Assembly (NCBI GenBank): GCA_003487265.1
Contig: DNEP01000013.1
Span: forward strand, 24,618 to 88,617
From: Minisyncoccota bacterium
Lineage (GTDB): Bacteria; Patescibacteriota; Microgenomatia; UBA1400; UBA12028
Length of the DNA: 64,000 bases
Direction: 5' to 3'
A program made the position numbers and the translations under genes. The notes under the pieces are model-generated. The model saw nothing but the letters and a program-made list of their open reading frames with translations. It did no database searches and was not told where the DNA came from. Each line of letters opens with the position of its first letter. The first letter of the stretch is position 1. Positions 58,167 through 64,000 of this stretch are shown here, piece by piece.

Positions 58167-59361
58167 GATGATCTCCCACCTTTAAATAGATTGAGTCAAG
58201 TTTATCCGCGATATTTTTCCAGTTGTACCGATCAAACACCCACTTTTGCGCTTGCTCCGCAAGCGCCTCACGCAGATTTTCGTTTTGAAGAACTGCAATC
58301 GTGTGCAACGCCAACTCATTCGCCGTCGCCCCCACAAGCGCATGTACACCTGACTGAACGCCGAGACCTTCAACGGCGATGGGTGTTCCAACCACGGGAG
58401 TACGCGTCGCCATCGCCTCCAAAACTTTATATCGCGTTCCCTTCCCGCTGAATACCGGCGCAACCAAAACATGCGCATTCGCGTATGCATCACGAATATC
58501 CTCAACGCGACCAACAACCTCCACACCATTGTGACGTTTTGCGAGGGCGTACACAACATCTGTAGGCGCATTTCCAACAATCTTCATTTTTGCAGTTGGA
58601 ACAGTCTGCAAAATAATCGGCCACACCTTTTCTACCAGATATTGCACTGCCTCTACGTTGGGAAGCCATTTGAATGTTCCCACAAATAACACCGTCGGGT
58701 TTGGTAACACACGCTTTTTTGTTTTCTCAAAAAACTCAACATCAACACCATTCTCAACAACATTCACGTCTTTGTCGGGGGCGACTGTTTTCAGCATAAA
58801 CTGTCGATCTTCTTGCGACATGGCAATCAATCGCGTACACGCACGCCAAAAAAATTCTTCCCACAGTTTAATCTTAAAAATATCAATGTACAAAAGGGGT
58901 TTTAAAAACCAATAGCGAAATGATTTTGCGTAGCTCAGATAACCCAAATATTCAATTGTTTGCTCAACAAGTAGCACCGGAACAGAAGTTGCGGGAATAT
59001 TTGGCATCATGTAAAACGTCTCCGCATGAATCGCGTGATATTCTTTTGCTTGCAGTTCTTTACGAACCTCGTCCTTCACTTCATCCACAAAATTGCGGAT
59101 CACCAAAAAAGGATACAGCGAAAAACCTGCACGAAAAATGTTGCGCAATGTAAACGCTTTCTCTGATCGTTTGAACACACGGATCTTCACACAATATTTC
59201 TGCAACTCCTCAATGTACGAACGTTCGGACTCATCTTTAATCAGCGAAAACAACGTGATACTGTGCTTTTTGCTCAAACTTTTGAGCAGATTATATGTGC
59301 GAATTTGACCACCAGAATGAAGCGGGTACGGCAGATAGGGTGTGAGCATTAAAATGTTCAT
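58159..59361 (-). CDS. Glycosyltransferase family 4
   Basis: PYPLHSGGQIR, VENGVD and GTRYKVLEAM motifs. Confidence 0.9.
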   Translation of the reverse strand: MNILMLTPYLPYPLHSGGQIRTYNLLKSLSKKHSITLFSLIKDESERSYIEELQKYCVKIRVFKRSEKAFTLRNIFRAGFSLYPFLVIRNFVDEVKDEVRKELQAKEYHAIHAETFYMMPNIPATSVPVLLVEQTIEYLGYLSYAKSFRYWFLKPLLYIDIFKIKLWEEFFWRACTRLIAMSQEDRQFMLKTVAPDKDVNVVENGVDVEFFEKTKKRVLPNPTVLFVGTFKWLPNVEAVQYLVEKVWPIILQTVPTAKMKIVGNAPTDVVYALAKRHNGVEVVGRVEDIRDAYANAHVLVAPVFSGKGTRYKVLEAMATRTPVVGTPIAVEGLGVQSGVHALVGATANELALHTIAVLQNENLREALAEQAQKWVFDRYNWKNIADKLDSIYLKVGDHHV

Positions 59362-60776
59362 AGATGTTCGCGAAGATCGAGGAGCAGAAAGCGATCGGTT
59401 TTTTCTATTGTTTTAAATCGTTTCTCAAGTTCGCGCGCCTCGTCATCGTAGGAAACCGTCACGTAATGTGTTGCACCTTGGGATATCTTTTTATCGATCT
59501 CAAATCCCAATGGCCAACCCGAACGCTTGGTGTGAAACAAAAAGGCTGTATCACCGTTAAATGGAGCGATTATCTTTGCCGTTTGTGGGATTACTTTATC
59601 AACAACCTCTCCCGCAATGACAATTTCCCAGTGATTTACATTAAAATATCCTCGTACCTCATACCATGAAACAAAGATTGAAAAACCTAACAGACCAATA
59701 AGTACAATTCGCGAAAATAATACCAAAGAACCCGCGATTCCATTCCACATCCACGCCATTCCCTGACCCGCGATCATGCACAAAATCGGAAGAATTAAGA
59801 ATTGATAATAATCATGTCGCACATTTCCACCCGCAATTGCCAAAACATACACCAAGATTGCAGATAAAGAAACTACAAACACAAGAAAGGCCTTTTGTTT
59901 CCGAATCATTCCCAAAATCAAAAACGAAACTCCACCAATACCCAGAATCAATCGCGAGATGCGTTCTTGAAACACCCAATGCACGAACGCCCCCGAAAAT
60001 CGAATGTTTTTTTCGTTCCACAACCAATCGGAAGCAGGGATGCCCTCGGGGAATTGAAGAATCCAGTCTCTCCAAAATAAAAATGGAACAACTGCAAACA
60101 ATGAACTTATAGCGCCAACGAGAGAATGTTTGAGATTTTTTGTCAAAAGAAATCCTGCAGTGATGAAAATAGGAACATAAATCAGCACAAACGGTTTCAC
60201 CAAGATTGCCATCGCCAGCAAGAGAGAATACAACGCAAACGTAAGATATGAACGCGAAGTAATCGCACGGAGATACGCTACCCCACTCCACAGCACAAGA
60301 CAGATCATAAACGGCTCAGGAAGGATGACGCGCCCGTAATACACGCTGTACGGAAGAATCGAGAATAAAATCAAAGAAAACAGCGCAACGCGCCTCCCAA
60401 GAAGCGTCTTCACAAACAAATAGAGCGCTAGTCCAGCAAGACCAGAAAAGATCACAGCAAACAATCTTCCAACCAGCACTTCCTGCCCATCAAGGTTAAA
60501 CGCAGAAATAAAAACTGCAGTTCCCGCATTCATGATCGGAAACTCAACCATGCGATACCCCTCGGGGTTTTCTTTGCCCGACTGAATGTTCGAAAGATCA
60601 TGATACTGAGGATGCAAAAGATCAACTCCGCGTCTCACAAACTCTCTCGTAACAGAAGCGGTATCAGCTTGACGAAAAGAATGCCAATCGGCAACTGGAT
60701 TTGAAATACGATACATACGCAACGCAAAAGCAAGAAACATCACACTTAAAACAACAAAGAGCTCAAGCTTTCGCAT
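59358..60776 (-). CDS. GT-C (GT39/ArnT-like) membrane glycosyltransferase
   Basis: DWHSFRQADTA, EFP and HDYYQ motifs; many TM segments. Confidence 0.82.
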   Translation of the reverse strand: MRKLELFVVLSVMFLAFALRMYRISNPVADWHSFRQADTASVTREFVRRGVDLLHPQYHDLSNIQSGKENPEGYRMVEFPIMNAGTAVFISAFNLDGQEVLVGRLFAVIFSGLAGLALYLFVKTLLGRRVALFSLILFSILPYSVYYGRVILPEPFMICLVLWSGVAYLRAITSRSYLTFALYSLLLAMAILVKPFVLIYVPIFITAGFLLTKNLKHSLVGAISSLFAVVPFLFWRDWILQFPEGIPASDWLWNEKNIRFSGAFVHWVFQERISRLILGIGGVSFLILGMIRKQKAFLVFVVSLSAILVYVLAIAGGNVRHDYYQFLILPILCMIAGQGMAWMWNGIAGSLVLFSRIVLIGLLGFSIFVSWYEVRGYFNVNHWEIVIAGEVVDKVIPQTAKIIAPFNGDTAFLFHTKRSGWPLGFEIDKKISQGATHYVTVSYDDEARELEKRFKTIEKTDRFLLLDLREHL

Positions 60777-62493
60777 GCAACTTCCTTTTTTGTTTTTGTG
60801 AACTCTTTCGAAACGCATCGGCAAATGAACCTGATGAACTCGACGACCCTGTTACCGACTCTTGTGAAAACATCACATATCGCAAACACACCGCCGCCAA
60901 CGCCCAATACGTCTCAATTACTTTCGAAGAAACAAACACGTCAATATATACCGCATTCACAAACAAACCCGCGGTAATCGAAAGCATTCCAATCGCGATG
61001 ATTCTCGAAAATGGATCCGCGGAATGCTTTGAAAGTCGTAAGAGATTTTTGTTCAAGACAACAAACACACCGTAGAACGTGATGAATCCGAGTAACCCTG
61101 TTTCCCCGAGCGTTCTCAAGAAATCATTATCGGTTGATTCTGCTTCGGTAAACTGTTCGATTGTATATTTCGTCAAGGTCGAGTAGCCCGATCCAAAAAG
61201 TGGATTACGCAAAAAGCCTCGGATCGCAAATGGCCATAGCGTGTCTAAACGAATCGCCGCGGATAGTCCTAAGCGGTGTGCGTTTTCAGAAAACACGCGA
61301 GGAATGATGATCTCAATATCTTTTCCTTCTGCCGACTTTGTCGAGATTATCGCATCTGGAATATCCTCAAAGACGTCGGGGGGAAGATCGGCTGGTTTTA
61401 CAGGAGTGGGTTGAGTATCGCTGCTCACAATTACTGGAACAGTGGTGCGTTTTGCCGCCTCCTCAGCTGCTTTATTGACATCATCGATAGAAATACCATC
61501 TTTTGGTGGCTCAACGAGTGGTTTGAATGAATTTTCTTTCACTTTATCAACCGTACTCACCATTGCCTGATACGCTTCGTTACCTTGGAAAATCTGCGCG
61601 AATCGTTCACTCAAATCTCCGAAGAGAAACAAAAATGAAAACGTAAAGAAATACAAACCGACGAACTTAAGCATTCCTGTCTTGATTGATTTTTTCATCA
61701 TCCACAACGCAAACATGGTGATCGCCAAAAGATACGCAAGAAATGATGATCGTGATGAAGTCATCATGAGCGACCACAACGAAAGGAAAAAGGTCGCCAC
61801 ACTCACCATCTTCACCCAACGACGACGAACATAAAACATTCCAATGATCGAGATCATGAGTCCCATAACTAAAAACGCAGCAAAATCATAATGACCACCG
61901 AATGTTGATTGCACGCGTGCGTGCTCGGTTAAAAACAATCGCAATCCTTTACTAAACTCACGATTCATTGTTGAGTACACCGGCCAATACAAATATTTTT
62001 GACCAACGCCGTAAATCGAAACCGTCAATGTCGTGAACAAGAAAGTCAACAACACCCAGATTGCGTGTTTTTTTGTTCGAATCGCGGCATAGAAGATAAA
62101 GAACACCGAGAAATACTCAACGCGACGAATCAGATGAAGAAAAAGTTTCGAGACGTGCGCAAAGTTCGCAGGAACCGTTTTCGTCCAGATGATTGCAAAA
62201 ATCGAGGAAAGCAATCCAACGATAAGATACGCGATGATCCATTTTGTCAGTGGCGTTTTCAGTGACACTTTTCGACGAAGTAACTGAATACCAAAAATAA
62301 CTGCACCTACCGCAATCACCACATCTTCGGTACGCAATCGAACAATGTATCCAGGAATTAACTCTGCAAGTGGAATCTTTGGAAAAAGTGGAATGAATAC
62401 CGCTAAGAAAAGCGAAAAGTACAATAAAAGATTCGCATCAATAATTCGCAAGAACGGTAAAAATCTTTCGATAAGCCTGTTTTTTGTGTTCAT
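60763..62493 (-). CDS. O-antigen ligase-family membrane protein with a large Pro-rich extracytoplasmic loop
   Basis: RVQSTFGGHYD, TSSRSS, NPLFGSG and DNDFLRTLGETG motifs. Confidence 0.82.
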   Translation of the reverse strand: MNTKNRLIERFLPFLRIIDANLLLYFSLFLAVFIPLFPKIPLAELIPGYIVRLRTEDVVIAVGAVIFGIQLLRRKVSLKTPLTKWIIAYLIVGLLSSIFAIIWTKTVPANFAHVSKLFLHLIRRVEYFSVFFIFYAAIRTKKHAIWVLLTFLFTTLTVSIYGVGQKYLYWPVYSTMNREFSKGLRLFLTEHARVQSTFGGHYDFAAFLVMGLMISIIGMFYVRRRWVKMVSVATFFLSLWSLMMTSSRSSFLAYLLAITMFALWMMKKSIKTGMLKFVGLYFFTFSFLFLFGDLSERFAQIFQGNEAYQAMVSTVDKVKENSFKPLVEPPKDGISIDDVNKAAEEAAKRTTVPVIVSSDTQPTPVKPADLPPDVFEDIPDAIISTKSAEGKDIEIIIPRVFSENAHRLGLSAAIRLDTLWPFAIRGFLRNPLFGSGYSTLTKYTIEQFTEAESTDNDFLRTLGETGLLGFITFYGVFVVLNKNLLRLSKHSADPFSRIIAIGMLSITAGLFVNAVYIDVFVSSKVIETYWALAAVCLRYVMFSQESVTGSSSSSGSFADAFRKSSQKQKRKLHAKA

Positions 62494-63385
62494 CACGCAA
62501 CAGTATACCAAATAACACGTATCGCAACCATGCGCCGATCAGGAGCAAAAGGATAAGAACAGGTTTTTGCCAGACAGGAAAATGTTTCTTCCAGATGTAA
62601 ACTATTCCCTCAACCTCCCCTACCAACGACCTCTGGCTACTCCCTGTACTCTTAAACCGCAAATGCGTAATCTCAGCCTGAGGATCAAGTACAATCTCCC
62701 ACCCTGCACGATCAAGGCGAAGACACAACTCCACATCTTCACCATACATATAGATGTTTGGATCCCACCCCCCAACCTGTTCGAATGCCTCTTTTTTCAC
62801 CATAAGCGCTGTTCCACCCAACCATCCAAACTGTTTCACCTTTCCATCCGAAGATGAAAAATATGAACTTCTACGTTCCTGATAATGAGAAACAAGTTCG
62901 TGAATACTAGGAATATCATCAATCGCGAACATCCACATGCACACAACGAGCAATGAAGGGAGAGAACCTCCTTGTGGTTGGAGCGACCCATCAGCATTCA
63001 ACAATCGCCCACTTATCGCACCGTAGTTTTTCTGAGACCACAATGTCTGAAAAAGTTGATGAACTGCATCAGCGCGCACAAGAGTGTCGGGATTTAAAAA
63101 GAACAGCGTGTTCGCACACGCTTTTTCAACGCCTCGCATGTTACTTTCAGAAAATCCAATTAATGAATCCAAGGTGATCAACTTCACCTTCGGAAATTCT
63201 TGCGTAATCATTTTTGATGTTCCATCGGTTGACGCGTTATCAACAACAATAACCTCAAATGAGATGTTTTTTTCACGAAAAATGGAGTCCAAACAATCAG
63301 CAAGTTCTTTTTTTGTTTGATAACTCACAATAATAATCGAAATATCTGGAATGTTTGAGATTTTGTTGGAGGTACGAACAGTCAT
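62438..63385 (-). CDS. Glycosyltransferase family 2
   Basis: SIIIVSY, VDNASTD, LNPD and MYGEDVELC motifs. Confidence 0.9.
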   Translation of the reverse strand: MTVRTSNKISNIPDISIIIVSYQTKKELADCLDSIFREKNISFEVIVVDNASTDGTSKMITQEFPKVKLITLDSLIGFSESNMRGVEKACANTLFFLNPDTLVRADAVHQLFQTLWSQKNYGAISGRLLNADGSLQPQGGSLPSLLVVCMWMFAIDDIPSIHELVSHYQERRSSYFSSSDGKVKQFGWLGGTALMVKKEAFEQVGGWDPNIYMYGEDVELCLRLDRAGWEIVLDPQAEITHLRFKSTGSSQRSLVGEVEGIVYIWKKHFPVWQKPVLILLLLIGAWLRYVLFGILLRDEHKKQAYRKIFTVLANY

Positions 63386-63387
63386 GG

Positions 63388-63996
63388 TTATTGAAAAAGC
63401 CTTGGTCTCCCAAGTCGATAGGAATATTCTTTGAGTTTGCGTTCTCCAATTTCTTTTGCGGGAACACCTGCAACGATTGTTCCTTTCGCAACATCTTTTG
63501 TCACCACTGCTCCCCCCGCCACAACCGCTCCCGTATGAATAGTCACTCCGGGCATAATCATCGCACGGGGACCAATAAATACATAATCCTCAATCACAAC
63601 CGGCGCATGAATCGCACGAAAATCAGACGCGCGAACATCGTGTTCGCTGTTAAAAATCATCACCTGTGAGGCAATATCAACATGATTTCCAATTGTTAAT
63701 GAATCTCGACCATCTAACAGAATCTGCTCTCCAACAAGCGATCCTTCGCCAATCGAGATATTTTTTGGTTGATAGATGCGCGCACCCATGTGAATCGTTG
63801 AACCCGATCCCAACTTCACACCAGCCAACTCATAAAAGAATCGTCGAATAAAGTGGAACGGAACGTTTCCAACACCCCACCACAAAAATCCTGTAATACA
63901 CTCTGTCCAAATACTTTCAAATCGAAGCTCAATTTTGTGAACAGCCTCAGACCATTCGAGTTGTTTTCCCGATTTATCATAAAATGGAGAGTTCAT
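63388..63996 (-). CDS. Hexapeptide-repeat sugar O-acyltransferase
   Basis: PVVIEDYVFIG..A.IMPGVTI..GAVVAGGAVVTKDV...IVAGVPAK. Confidence 0.9.
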   Translation of the reverse strand: MNSPFYDKSGKQLEWSEAVHKIELRFESIWTECITGFLWWGVGNVPFHFIRRFFYELAGVKLGSGSTIHMGARIYQPKNISIGEGSLVGEQILLDGRDSLTIGNHVDIASQVMIFNSEHDVRASDFRAIHAPVVIEDYVFIGPRAMIMPGVTIHTGAVVAGGAVVTKDVAKGTIVAGVPAKEIGERKLKEYSYRLGRPRLFQ

Positions 63997-64000
63997 TTCC

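Noticed and set aside
1-64000. CRISPR array, rRNA, transposase, prophage genes or stop-codon reassignment
   Set aside because: None were seen by eye. Conserved genes end at TGA, TAA and TAG normally and translate intact in the standard code.

Overview
The window is chromosomal DNA of a small-genome bacterium using the standard genetic code. It is most likely Patescibacteria/CPR of the Microgenomates type; this is inferred from tightly overlapping genes, few Shine-Dalgarno sites, an alpha2-type GlyRS, a type-2 IleRS, a DUF4012 protein and a short MurE. From left to right it contains: (1) a compositionally distinct minus-strand accessory operon, HTH-RhuM-DUF2130-SNF2 helicase with a 15-aa repeat tail-TM0106-type RecB nuclease, truncated at the window edge; (2) HAD, CPBP and secreted-protein genes, tRNA-Thr(CGT) and a small glycan locus; (3) a C39 peptidase, dus, a twice-frameshifted HD hydrolase, tRNA-Val(CAC), lepB, parB and rplU-methyltransferase-rpmA; (4) a beta/CsoSCA-like carbonic anhydrase homologue behind ileS, with an apparent ultrashort-Stem-I T-box riboswitch and intrinsic terminator upstream of ileS; (5) a dcw cluster from mraZ to ftsZ; (6) glyQS, recO and a large glycosylation cluster. 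The best leads are the candidate helicase-nuclease defence operon, the hybrid ileS T-box, the carbonic-anhydrase-like protein and a recurrent leaderless-promoter architecture. All calls come from reading motifs by eye; no searches were run.
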